A stretch of DNA of 64,000 nt from a virus. Each line of letters opens with the position of its first letter. Within the stretch, counting starts at the first letter, position 1. This document shows positions 46,180-55,220 of this stretch, in pieces. Below the pieces are notes generated by a model, which searched no databases, had not been told where the DNA came from, and was given only the letters and a program-made list of their open reading frames with translations. The position numbers and the translations under genes were made by a program. The stretch covers positions 50,260 through 114,259 of IMG/VR virus record IMGVR_UViG_3300010885_049703; one strand, written 5' to 3'.

Positions 46180-47381
46180 ATTATTTTATTGACATGATAC
46201 TTGGCTTCGGCAACGTTCTCACGATATCGATTGCTTCCTCTGTACCATTCTCGATTTTTAGTAGGATGCGAAATAATATCAACAATGCGATCGACTGTGC
46301 CATTGTTCCAGTCGCTGATTAGTCCCATGTTATGATGCGGAGCCTGTAGCAAATTACCTAGCTTGTGGAAAGCATCATCAATTGACCAAGGAACATATAG
46401 GCGATTTGGATCGTTTGCAAAAGTTTCAGGAAAACTTCTATAAGCAGGATACAGTACGTTGGCACCAAGTGTGTCGGCTTCACTTACTGTATTAGATACC
46501 CAATCTTGCAATGCACAGTTAAACAATACTCTGGTATCGTTAAGAAGATTGTAGTAATCATTTTTATTTAGTCCTTCACATATAGTTAGCAGCCCAGACT
46601 CTTGCATCTGGCGTGCTCGTTGCAGATGCAAGGGATTGTTTGATCGCAATGGACCACCTGAGTACACACAGAACTCCACAGGGTAGCCACCTTGCTGATG
46701 CCACATCTCAATGAGATCCATGTAAAACTCTGGTTGTTTCTCTTGATCAAATCTCGCTGCAAAGCCCACACGCATTGGACGCTGATCAAATGGCTTGATA
46801 TTGGCAGCGCCGCCAATACGCTCCAGCACTTCCTCTTTGCCAAATGCTAGACCACTGATATTATACAAAGGAGCAGTCCACCCCGCAATGCGCATGTGCG
46901 CTACCATTTCTTCGTTTGTGGCCAGAACACCAGTGACAAACTCATTGACCATCTTTTCATATGCCGCCATCCACTTCTCCAGCCCCCAGACATGCACAAA
47001 GTCATCGGGATCAATGCTCTGAGCCAGGCAACGAACAAAAACACGGGGTCGCTGGGTGGGATCAACTTGATCAAAGATGTACGGGAGACTTTCAATGCCG
47101 GGCTGGAACATGTCTTCAAAGTAGATGACGTCTTCGTTAGTGATCTCGCCATTTTTGTGCATTTGTACGAGATTCATGATCTGACTCATACCAAAGAAGC
47201 TGCGGCCATGTGCGTCTAGCACTTGTCCCACTGAGATGGCCTGAGTGTTGTCAATGGTTGTGCCAGGAACATAAACAACATCAAGGCCACGACGTTCGAA
47301 CACACGTCGGTTCCATTCTGAAAGCTGTAGAGTATACCTTGCTTCGTACGACTCCAGCCCCATGTAAAATAGTTTACGCAT
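46176..47381 (-). CDS. GT-B fold glycosyltransferase (candidate DNA base glycosyltransferase)
   Basis: RFDQEKQP, ALQDWVSNTVSEA (E/D-x7-E-like) motifs; lies in the deazaguanine cluster. Confidence 0.7.
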   Translation of the reverse strand: MRKLFYMGLESYEARYTLQLSEWNRRVFERRGLDVVYVPGTTIDNTQAISVGQVLDAHGRSFFGMSQIMNLVQMHKNGEITNEDVIYFEDMFQPGIESLPYIFDQVDPTQRPRVFVRCLAQSIDPDDFVHVWGLEKWMAAYEKMVNEFVTGVLATNEEMVAHMRIAGWTAPLYNISGLAFGKEEVLERIGGAANIKPFDQRPMRVGFAARFDQEKQPEFYMDLIEMWHQQGGYPVEFCVYSGGPLRSNNPLHLQRARQMQESGLLTICEGLNKNDYYNLLNDTRVLFNCALQDWVSNTVSEADTLGANVLYPAYRSFPETFANDPNRLYVPWSIDDAFHKLGNLLQAPHHNMGLISDWNNGTVDRIVDIISHPTKNREWYRGSNRYRENVAEAKYHVNKII

Positions 47382-48093
47382 ATTTTTCCTTTATAAAATT
47401 ATCTAACTTTTCTGCCCACAGTTGATTGGCATCAATGCCCGGGTGAAATCCATTACGATCAAACCAGTTGTTTGTTGTGGCAATATCGTAGATGTTGCCG
47501 TCGACGAAACAATTGTTCCAATCCACTAGTTTACACAAATGTTGATCTAAATGCAACTCGGAGATGTAATTTTGATAAAACATAAAAACATAGGGAACAT
47601 CAATGTTCTTTAGTGTATTTTGTAAAGCAATAATTTTTTGCAATAGGCCATATCTAAACTGTGTTTTGGCTTGATATCTATAGATACCGTCAAATGCTCT
47701 ACTGTCATGCATTACTGCATCGCCATTGTAATAACCCACCCCAAAGATCCAATCAGATTCCACCAACTGTTGATCATCAAAAGGAGTGGTAATTTTTTCG
47801 GGCCAGTCATTTTGTCGACGCTGATAGTGACTGGTACAAGTACTTAGACCAAACACTTCTGGGCGAGAAATTTTTAAGTCTACCCGTTCAATACCTGACC
47901 ACATTACCAGTACAATATCATAGTTGCGTTGAGCCACTGCGTTAACAGTAGTTTCGTGTATGTAAGTGTTGCCGGCACCAGCACAGGCAAGATTTACAAT
48001 ATTGTTTTGATCAACAGTATCAAGAAAATAGGGCCAAGCAATTGGCCCCCGTGAAAAACTACAACCATTAATCAATGCACGTAACTTGGACAT
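47374..48093 (-). CDS. SGNH-hydrolase-like phage protein
   Basis: NGCSFS, NLA..GAGN, MWSG..R, FHP. Confidence 0.65.
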   Translation of the reverse strand: MSKLRALINGCSFSRGPIAWPYFLDTVDQNNIVNLACAGAGNTYIHETTVNAVAQRNYDIVLVMWSGIERVDLKISRPEVFGLSTCTSHYQRRQNDWPEKITTPFDDQQLVESDWIFGVGYYNGDAVMHDSRAFDGIYRYQAKTQFRYGLLQKIIALQNTLKNIDVPYVFMFYQNYISELHLDQHLCKLVDWNNCFVDGNIYDIATTNNWFDRNGFHPGIDANQLWAEKLDNFIKEKYA

Positions 48094-48095
48094 TT

Positions 48096-48302
48096 TTAAC
48101 GACGACTATCTTGCATCCACATGTTCTTCACTGACTTGCCTTGTTGCAGTTTGTTAAACTGTTGGTAGGCATAGCTCTTCCAGTTATAAAGATCAGCTTC
48201 GTTAAATTTGTATCCATAATTACGACAGAATTCTAAAAACTGTTCCAGGTCATCAAGTATTTGTGTGACTTTTGGGTTTGGTTTAATTGTTATCTTTGCC
48301 AT
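48096..48302 (-). CDS. Hypothetical protein
   Basis: SD AGGAG; FCRNYGYKFNEADLY. Confidence 0.7.
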   Translation of the reverse strand: MAKITIKPNPKVTQILDDLEQFLEFCRNYGYKFNEADLYNWKSYAYQQFNKLQQGKSVKNMWMQDSRR

Positions 48303-48324
48303 GTGTATCTCCTAGTTTACAATT

Positions 48325-49251
48325 TTATACAGCATCAGGGTTGTGGGCAATGCCACGCCACTGTTTAATTTTTGCTTCTTCTGTTTCGGGGGTATCATCT
48401 GCCCAGATACTGATCCATCGTGTGCCTGTCCAACGGGCTGTAGTTGGACTATAGTTTGGCCATTCGTTCTTTTTACCTGTGTCAATTTCATATACGCCCT
48501 CGCGCACTGGATCAACTTTCTTTGAGAACCAATCAGTCATTTCATAAGTGCAATCATCACTGTCACGATAGCGTTCCCACTTACCGTCTTTCAGCGATCC
48601 TGCAATATAAAATCCAAATTCTGAACTCTTGCCAGTGGTATCGCCGCCACAGTTATCAATGGACTCACCGTCGTATTCTACACCACAAACAACTGCACTG
48701 CCGTCTACATCTTCAATATTGAAAGTTAGTTTATTGATATCAAACGGAGCAGTGAGTTCAATGTCGCCTTCAAAGAACGTGCCTTTTTCGTTACTATTAC
48801 CAATGAATACTACAGTACCAGCAGGCTTATCATCAATAAAGATTTCGTCTGTGTAGTTGAACTCAGGGCAATCTTCGTCTTGAAAAGCGTCAAGCCCACA
48901 TTGCAGTACTTCGTCGCCGTTTTCATCATCAATGTGTACAGTGCCGCTATCTAATACAACACCATTGGTATGTGCCATGTCATCGCACTCATACCAAGAT
49001 CCTGGGGGGAACGGCCACATTGCCTCTGGTATATTATGCTCTTCGGCGTAATCACTGTCCCAGGCAAAGTCGCTAACAGATAGTCTACGACTTCTGAAGT
49101 AATCGTAGACTTCACGACCCACTGTGCCCATGACAGACTCGCCACCGTAGCCCCATAATGAGATTTTATAGGTACACGGTGTAAATTTCAACATCGCGAT
49201 GAGTCGTTCTTGCTCGGCTATGAGTTCAGCAGACTTTTTTGTTCGGGGCAT
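48325..49251 (-). CDS. Hypothetical acidic protein
   Basis: GYGGE, EKGTFF, P.REG.YE..WRG C-terminal module. Confidence 0.7.
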   Translation of the reverse strand: MPRTKKSAELIAEQERLIAMLKFTPCTYKISLWGYGGESVMGTVGREVYDYFRSRRLSVSDFAWDSDYAEEHNIPEAMWPFPPGSWYECDDMAHTNGVVLDSGTVHIDDENGDEVLQCGLDAFQDEDCPEFNYTDEIFIDDKPAGTVVFIGNSNEKGTFFEGDIELTAPFDINKLTFNIEDVDGSAVVCGVEYDGESIDNCGGDTTGKSSEFGFYIAGSLKDGKWERYRDSDDCTYEMTDWFSKKVDPVREGVYEIDTGKKNEWPNYSPTTARWTGTRWISIWADDTPETEEAKIKQWRGIAHNPDAV

Positions 49252-49260
49252 GATAGCTCC

Positions 49261-49710
49261 TTAGATTTTAATTGATAGGGAAGGTTTATGGGTAGGGTAT
49301 TCAATGACACAGCCGTTTTCTCCATCTTCACTGACTTCAATTGTCACTGATCGATCAGAATAACGACTGGCTATTCGAATATATAGCTCATCTGCCATCA
49401 TCTCGCAACTTTTGTAATCTAGCGACAATACACCTTCGTTGCTAGAATACAACGACTCCAGCCAGCGTTTGAACTGGATGAACTCAATGTCGCGGTCGTT
49501 ATGATAAACATCAATGCTGACACGAAAATGGAAAATATGCCTATGAGGATTAGCAAGGAACGAAACATCATATTGGTCTCCTGTAGCCAATGATAGATCT
49601 GTTGCTGCAGCCGGGTAGCGATGGATTCCTTCCCGACGGAACGTGACCCAAATTTGGCGTGTAGCCGTTGCCATAATACGATTGGCTTGATCACGTAGTT
49701 CTTGATTCAT
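49261..49710 (-). CDS. dpdL: QueD-like T-fold protein, DpdL-type (putative CDG decarboxylase)
   Basis: LANPHRHIF = LxxxHRHxF; SCE; EVSEDGENG; in the folE/queD/queE/dpdA neighbourhood. Confidence 0.72.
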   Translation of the reverse strand: MNQELRDQANRIMATATRQIWVTFRREGIHRYPAAATDLSLATGDQYDVSFLANPHRHIFHFRVSIDVYHNDRDIEFIQFKRWLESLYSSNEGVLSLDYKSCEMMADELYIRIASRYSDRSVTIEVSEDGENGCVIEYPTHKPSLSIKI

Positions 49711-50183
49711 GACTTCTCCTGTTTTGATGATTTCTTAGGTTCTCTAACATGACTACGAATAACATGATTATACATGGGTTTTGGAATAAGAGCAACCTGA
49801 AACGGAGCATTTATATAGAAAGCCGACTCTTTTATGTGCCAATCTGGGTCATTTGATTGCATCTTTTCCGCACCACCACGAGCATAGTCCTTTTGCACTC
49901 GGTGACGATCCTTGTCGGTCCAAGTGTCACCATCAAAGTTGTAACTCACAGCAATGCAATCATCCAATTCGCCACCCAAATCAAGATCGCATTTTATATA
50001 ACTATCATTGACATTGAGTTTCTCTGTGGCCGGCAAACGGCCGCGCCCCCAACGATACCATTCATCAATCCTGGCTGTGTGTTCTGTGCCATCTTTTATC
50101 TTGACCATGACATAGGCAACCTTGATACTGTTAGCGTTCCGTGGCGTTATCTGATAAACTTTATCTTCAACCTCTGCGGTCAT
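49707..50183 (-). CDS. Hypothetical protein
   Basis: Coupled ORF. Confidence 0.6.
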   Translation of the reverse strand: MTAEVEDKVYQITPRNANSIKVAYVMVKIKDGTEHTARIDEWYRWGRGRLPATEKLNVNDSYIKCDLDLGGELDDCIAVSYNFDGDTWTDKDRHRVQKDYARGGAEKMQSNDPDWHIKESAFYINAPFQVALIPKPMYNHVIRSHVREPKKSSKQEKS

Positions 50184-50497
50184 TGCCTCAGGCTTTCCAT
50201 TGTGATGATCTTGGCAAGTTCTACATTGAAATCTTGTTCAGATGTGATTATATAGGTCTTGTTTTCATTGCGATCTAATTTTCTATCATAGGTTCTAAAT
50301 GTCACAAGTGATCCACCAATGACTTTTTTTAGATTGATACGCAAGCCATCATTGAGCTCGTGTGGGTCTTCTTCTATGTCCCGTACCCGGTTGGATGATG
50401 CTAGTTCCTGTGGATAATCACCACCGGGGTCAATGAAATGCTTGTTTTGCCATGCCCATCTGCTTTTGCGTATGAACCACTGATCAAACCATTTCAT
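50180..50497 (-). CDS. Hypothetical protein
   Basis: Start MKWFDQW, ATGA-coupled. Confidence 0.65.
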   Translation of the reverse strand: MKWFDQWFIRKSRWAWQNKHFIDPGGDYPQELASSNRVRDIEEDPHELNDGLRINLKKVIGGSLVTFRTYDRKLDRNENKTYIITSEQDFNVELAKIITMESLRQ

Positions 50498-51003
50498 TGC
50501 CATACCTCGTCGTCTTTGTAGGCGTCCCAACCGGTGAAAGTTGACGCTGATTGTAAATCGTGTAGTCTGTGGCACCACACTCCTGGATTACTCTTATCAA
50601 AATCAATGTCATCTATTTTCAACACAGCATTGTACCCTAGTTGATTGATATAAGGTAACTTGGCTGAAATCATGGGAATAAATCTGCGATATTCAGGCAG
50701 TGCGGATTCCAATAGGCCTTCCGCTTCGGCAATGTCAATATCCAGGGTGACCCAATAATCCTTCTTGAGAAAGTATTTGGCCATGCCTTCAAAGTAACTC
50801 CAGTTTTCGGCACTGGCACTGCGTGGAAAACTATGATTGGCACCAAGGTAGATGTGACGAGCGCCAAAACTTTCGGCACGTCGTTCAATCTCATTGACGT
50901 TTTGTACTCCTACTACAAACACAGTTGGTTGTTGATATTGCGCGGTGTGTTCAACTTCTACACCAGTGAAAATATTAGCTGTTTTGTGACCCTGACGTTC
51001 CAT
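50494..51003 (-). CDS. Hypothetical protein (FTGVEVEHT / HIYLGANHSF / KIDD.DF...NPGVW motifs)
   Basis: Enzyme-like motifs; lies between dpdA-like and dpdL-like genes. Confidence 0.7.
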   Translation of the reverse strand: MERQGHKTANIFTGVEVEHTAQYQQPTVFVVGVQNVNEIERRAESFGARHIYLGANHSFPRSASAENWSYFEGMAKYFLKKDYWVTLDIDIAEAEGLLESALPEYRRFIPMISAKLPYINQLGYNAVLKIDDIDFDKSNPGVWCHRLHDLQSASTFTGWDAYKDDEVWQ

Positions 51004-51205
51004 CTTCGGCCTTCAATTTAGTGAGTTGATCTTTGAGTTGTAATTTAAGTTTTTTGATATCGCGTATTCGATCGTGATCAGCAATGGGATGTTTTTCTAA
51101 CTTACCTAATTGCTTTTCCAATCTATGATGCTCTCGTTCAAGTTCTTTAGTGCTAAGTTCTTCTATATTACTGCTGTTGCTCAAGTTGGTCAAGTCTTGA
51201 TTCAT
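50975..51205 (-). CDS. DUF465/YdcH-like coiled-coil protein
   Basis: LEREHHRLEKQL...KKLKLQLKDQL. Confidence 0.6.
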   Translation of the reverse strand: MNQDLTNLSNSSNIEELSTKELEREHHRLEKQLGKLEKHPIADHDRIRDIKKLKLQLKDQLTKLKAEDGTSGSQNS

Positions 51206-52700
51206 CCAAATCTCCTTCTGAATCCTTTTCTTCCACTGAGAAAAGTGTATTAAACATAGTGTGGGCATTGTTTGCCCGTTTTCCGGTGTGTCCTCGAGTA
51301 CCAATTATCTGTTCCCAGAGTTTCTTGTGATGGTCAACCAATGCCAAACTTTGTTGGCGGTCTTTTTTGGCAAAAACTTCATCAACAATGTTTCTAACTG
51401 TAATACGATCAAATGATTCTTGTAGTAGCATACTGGGCACAATACCTGAGTCATATGCACGATTGGCACGTTGTACTGATTCAAGATGCATCCAAACATT
51501 ATGCCCCATCAACAACGCATAGGAGAAACTATCCCAACTTGTCTTGCCTTCCTTGCCAATTTTATTTAAGTCGCCGGGTTTGTACACACAGATATCTGAT
51601 ATCTTCAGGCGTGCGCTGATGGGCGAGTCTTCAAACTGTTTGTGAATGCCATCCTGCATCACTGCATCACGAAAACTGCGCGAGTCTGCAGCATACTTTT
51701 TGTTGTCTGCTGTGGGTTCCATGAAGTAGTTGAAACGTCCACGATCTTCGATTCCAATACTGTGATACAACTGTCCATTGGCAGTGGCCAGGAATGGTGA
51801 CGCACAATCAAAAGAGATGGTAAAATTAGGATTGTGATAGCGACGTACTGCTCGCATGATGTCAGTGAGCAACAACGCCCACTCCAGTCTTGATGTGCCC
51901 AAGAAGTGCATCCAGTCATGAGTACCTTGCTCAAGTAACCCATCGTGTATCAGTGTAACAATTCTGCGCATCACTAAGTGAGCATCGCACATGTTCTGAC
52001 CGCCCATGCCCCAGCCATTGAAATGACGTCCAGGGTATTGTTTGGGGTCACAGTATTGTTTCATCAGGTCATACCAGCGATCGGCTTCACTGTGATTGGC
52101 ACCTTGCAACACATTCAAGAACTTTGTGCCACCTTCAGCAACTCCACGACGATGTTTGATAAAGTATTCATTGTTGTAGTGTGTGGCTCGCACAGCATCA
52201 TCATAGTCTCTGATGCCAGTTTTTTCAGTAGCACCTGGCACGTTGGAAGTCCATGTGGGAATGTCCAGTGTCATACCATAGTCGGCCATGCCATCTAACC
52301 ACTTCAGCGCAGCATCGCGTTTCTTCTGTGCCCGGGGACACTTGGGATCTTTCCAATCGCCTTCCCATACACCTTTGGCAATTTGGAATCCACCTGAATC
52401 GCACAGCAAGGTAGTATGTTGACCCCGATTGCGCATCATATCTTCACGAGGATCGTGTTTGGTCAAATCTAAATTGGCATGCCCTGCTGAGTACAATGCC
52501 CAACGGTAAGGAAACAATCCTGCTTGATCATTGAAAATGTTCAACATCTCCATGTCAGGAAGACCAGCCGGCATGCGTGTAGCATCAACATAGGGTTCAA
52601 ACCGTTGACGTCCAACATACGTACTGTAGAAACTTGATACCGCAGGAAGGAACACGGCATAGTCATGCTGTGCTGCTGTTAAGTCATGCTGGTCACTCAT
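51168..52700 (-). CDS. dpdA: TGT-fold transglycosylase, DpdA-like (DNA 7-deazaguanine insertion)
   Basis: DSGGFQ, MTLDIP, NVLQG, GWGMGG, HFLG, SFDCASP, HN; no CxCxxC Zn motif of tRNA TGT seen. Confidence 0.75.
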   Translation of the reverse strand: MSDQHDLTAAQHDYAVFLPAVSSFYSTYVGRQRFEPYVDATRMPAGLPDMEMLNIFNDQAGLFPYRWALYSAGHANLDLTKHDPREDMMRNRGQHTTLLCDSGGFQIAKGVWEGDWKDPKCPRAQKKRDAALKWLDGMADYGMTLDIPTWTSNVPGATEKTGIRDYDDAVRATHYNNEYFIKHRRGVAEGGTKFLNVLQGANHSEADRWYDLMKQYCDPKQYPGRHFNGWGMGGQNMCDAHLVMRRIVTLIHDGLLEQGTHDWMHFLGTSRLEWALLLTDIMRAVRRYHNPNFTISFDCASPFLATANGQLYHSIGIEDRGRFNYFMEPTADNKKYAADSRSFRDAVMQDGIHKQFEDSPISARLKISDICVYKPGDLNKIGKEGKTSWDSFSYALLMGHNVWMHLESVQRANRAYDSGIVPSMLLQESFDRITVRNIVDEVFAKKDRQQSLALVDHHKKLWEQIIGTRGHTGKRANNAHTMFNTLFSVEEKDSEGDLDESRLDQLEQQQ

Positions 52701-53503
52701 TGAATACCTAATTGTTTTCTTATGTTTGTTGCACTGATAGAAGATATTTGATCATCAAACGTTTCTTGTTCAATTTTATATCCAACATCTCTACCATAGG
52801 TGATGTTTACAATGTTTGGTACAACTTGAATTTCATACTGGCCCTGATATATAGGATCTAAGTCTCTCTGTATAAAACTTTTAACTTTGGCAATTTCAAA
52901 AGGATTTGATCCTTGCCATCCCTGGCAATCTCTAATCATTATACACACTTGACCTGTCTTGGCAATAGCTCTTTCGAACAAAGCTCTATGACCATCGTGC
53001 CAAGGCTGCCAGCGACCCAACATTTGCACAGTTTCTCGTTGCCAGTCAAATTGAGGGCGACGCCGATTGTCTAAAATGTGCTCGGCAATAAATTCTGCCC
53101 ACTTTTCAGCGTTCTGTTCAGTGATGCGAAAATCGTAGACATCTGGTTCGGCAAATATAGCATTGGTATCAGCGTAACGACCTTCACGAATAGTGTCTAT
53201 CCAAATGGTCCAATCAGCTTTGAAATTGTGCCGTTGCTCTGGTAAAGGCGCTACAAAGTCCACAATTACGTAGTCAGCATCACTGGCATCGGCTAATTCG
53301 CGCATCCTGTGACTCTGGCGGATACGCCCAGCTTCACTGAAATCCCAGTCATTGAATTTTTTTCTCACGTCGTCGGCATTGAACCATTCCACACGGATGC
53401 CATGCCCTTCGTGCTGAAAACTACTGAGAAGTTGTTGCAAAGCTCGTGCCATGAAAGTTTTACCTGACCCCGGCAATCCCATGATTAATATGCGTTGTGC
53501 CAT
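52697..53503 (-). CDS. APS-kinase-like P-loop domain fused to a HIGH-type nucleotidyltransferase
   Basis: GLPGSGKT, NADDVR, DFS..GR; GRWQPWHDGH; ISATNIR. Confidence 0.8.
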   Translation of the reverse strand: MAQRILIMGLPGSGKTFMARALQQLLSSFQHEGHGIRVEWFNADDVRKKFNDWDFSEAGRIRQSHRMRELADASDADYVIVDFVAPLPEQRHNFKADWTIWIDTIREGRYADTNAIFAEPDVYDFRITEQNAEKWAEFIAEHILDNRRRPQFDWQRETVQMLGRWQPWHDGHRALFERAIAKTGQVCIMIRDCQGWQGSNPFEIAKVKSFIQRDLDPIYQGQYEIQVVPNIVNITYGRDVGYKIEQETFDDQISSISATNIRKQLGIQ

Positions 53504-54229
53504 TTACTTGGTATGCGCTGGGAGAATGTAACGATACACAGCCAAGCCTGAATCAACTGTGATTTCTGCTGCGCCATCATCACTGATCTTGATTTTCTTG
53601 TCACCACTGAGATTCATAATTGAAATAAAAGTAGACACCGGCCAAGCCCAGGCACGTTTGAGCTGTCCAGTAATGTCCGGTTGAAACACAAAGTTTCCAG
53701 CGTGAGTTGAATGATCACCAAAGAAGAACTTCAAGTCTGTGCCTTCAGTTTTGGCCTGGAACAATGTTTCTTCAGCATTGGCCTGTGCCTGCATCTTCAA
53801 ACGTTGGATGCCGGCAATAGTGGGTTCAAACTCAATGTGCCACTTGGGTTCTTTAAACGTCACTGCTTTTAATTTGTCAGACACAATTTCACGGCTCATG
53901 AAACGATAACTATTTTTAAAATCTCCGGTGGCGTTTTCAAATGCAATACCGTCGGGCTCGCCAGTGCTCTTCTTTGTGATGGACAGTTTGGAATTCTCAC
54001 GATACTCTTGTAAGTTCAAAAGAATTTTTAGTTTATTGAGATTAGGCATGCCAAATGTTCCGATGAATTCTGCGGATGGGGTGGCAAATCGTCCTTCAAC
54101 TATTACTTTACGTTCTTTGTCATCAATGCCAGAAATCAAAGTTTCTTTGTCAGTGCCTGTGACTTTGATCAGGTCAATACAACCAAGATCAAATGTGTGT
54201 TCTACTAAATCCAAAAGATTGTCTTTCAT
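53504..54229 (-). CDS. DNA polymerase sliding clamp (gp45-like)
   Basis: FGM.NL.KL, YRFM, DSGLA.Y.YILPA; size and position near the polymerase. Confidence 0.7.
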   Translation of the reverse strand: MKDNLLDLVEHTFDLGCIDLIKVTGTDKETLISGIDDKERKVIVEGRFATPSAEFIGTFGMPNLNKLKILLNLQEYRENSKLSITKKSTGEPDGIAFENATGDFKNSYRFMSREIVSDKLKAVTFKEPKWHIEFEPTIAGIQRLKMQAQANAEETLFQAKTEGTDLKFFFGDHSTHAGNFVFQPDITGQLKRAWAWPVSTFISIMNLSGDKKIKISDDGAAEITVDSGLAVYRYILPAHTK

Positions 54230-54281
54230 AGGTTCTCCAATATGATACGTTTATTATAACAGGGGTATTTAGATTTTACAA

Positions 54282-55220
54282 CTATTTTGGTATAATTTTT
54301 GCAAGACTTTGTCCGCCGCGTAGTGTGGTGAGTTCGCCGGGCTTGCACAGTTCCACCCAGCACAGCGTATCGTTGCAATAGGTATAGGAATGTTCATATC
54401 CCAACATTTTGGCAAGATTTATCAGCATTTCACCGGGCGTATAACAGCAATAAATTGACTCACTTAACATTACACCATTGGCATAATCACAGTTATTGAA
54501 AGTAAAAATAAATGCACCACCGGGTCTAAGTTTGGTCAACAACTCAGACAAATAATGTTTGATAATCTCAAAAGGTCTAAAGTTAAAAAAGTTATAGGCA
54601 ACAACCAGTCCAAACTGGTTGTTAGGAAGAAAGTTCATCATTGGCTCAGATTCGCTTTCTTTAACAACATAGGACCTTAGATGTCGTTGATATCGCTTGT
54701 TAAATCTTTCTATACTTGGCACAAGTAAGTCGTAATCCTGATCAACAAGATACAAAGGGCTACTAGAAACAAGATCCAATACATGTTCTTCGGTGGCCGG
54801 CCTAAAACACACTGCCGGGTATTGCCAGTCGGACCAAGATTTGACACGTGCTCTAAAGATCTCATATTCTTCATCAGTAATAGCCAATTTCCGATTTAAA
54901 ATATAAGGTATAGTTTCGTGTTGCATTTCGTTGACATACCATTTGTAACTTTTTTCAAAGTACTGTGGCTGTATTTCTTCTACCAAAGCGTTGACGCTTT
55001 GCGAAATGTTTTTTAACTCTTGTTCTAAATCATGCAACGAATTAAGAACACCATCAACTTTTCTTTGAACATCAACTTCATACATGTTACGAACATTTAC
55101 TTCGGTTCGAACCATAGACATAAGTTCATCAAGATGGGAATCAATAGTCCATCGATAATCAACATTATTGAGTATCTGGTCAATTTGATTTTTATATCTA
55201 ATTATGTCGCTGAGCTTCAT
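54282..55220 (-). CDS. Methyltransferase-fold protein
   Basis: LP.NQFGLV.AYNFFN ... LRPGG.F.FTFN. Confidence 0.6.
   Translation of the reverse strand: MKLSDIIRYKNQIDQILNNVDYRWTIDSHLDELMSMVRTEVNVRNMYEVDVQRKVDGVLNSLHDLEQELKNISQSVNALVEEIQPQYFEKSYKWYVNEMQHETIPYILNRKLAITDEEYEIFRARVKSWSDWQYPAVCFRPATEEHVLDLVSSSPLYLVDQDYDLLVPSIERFNKRYQRHLRSYVVKESESEPMMNFLPNNQFGLVVAYNFFNFRPFEIIKHYLSELLTKLRPGGAFIFTFNNCDYANGVMLSESIYCCYTPGEMLINLAKMLGYEHSYTYCNDTLCWVELCKPGELTTLRGGQSLAKIIPK

Noticed and set aside
51168-52700. Canonical tRNA-guanine transglycosylase / queuosine pathway
   Set aside because: No Zn-binding CxCxxC motif, no queC/queF/queA and no GUN-anticodon tRNAs in the window; the replication-gene context favours DNA modification.
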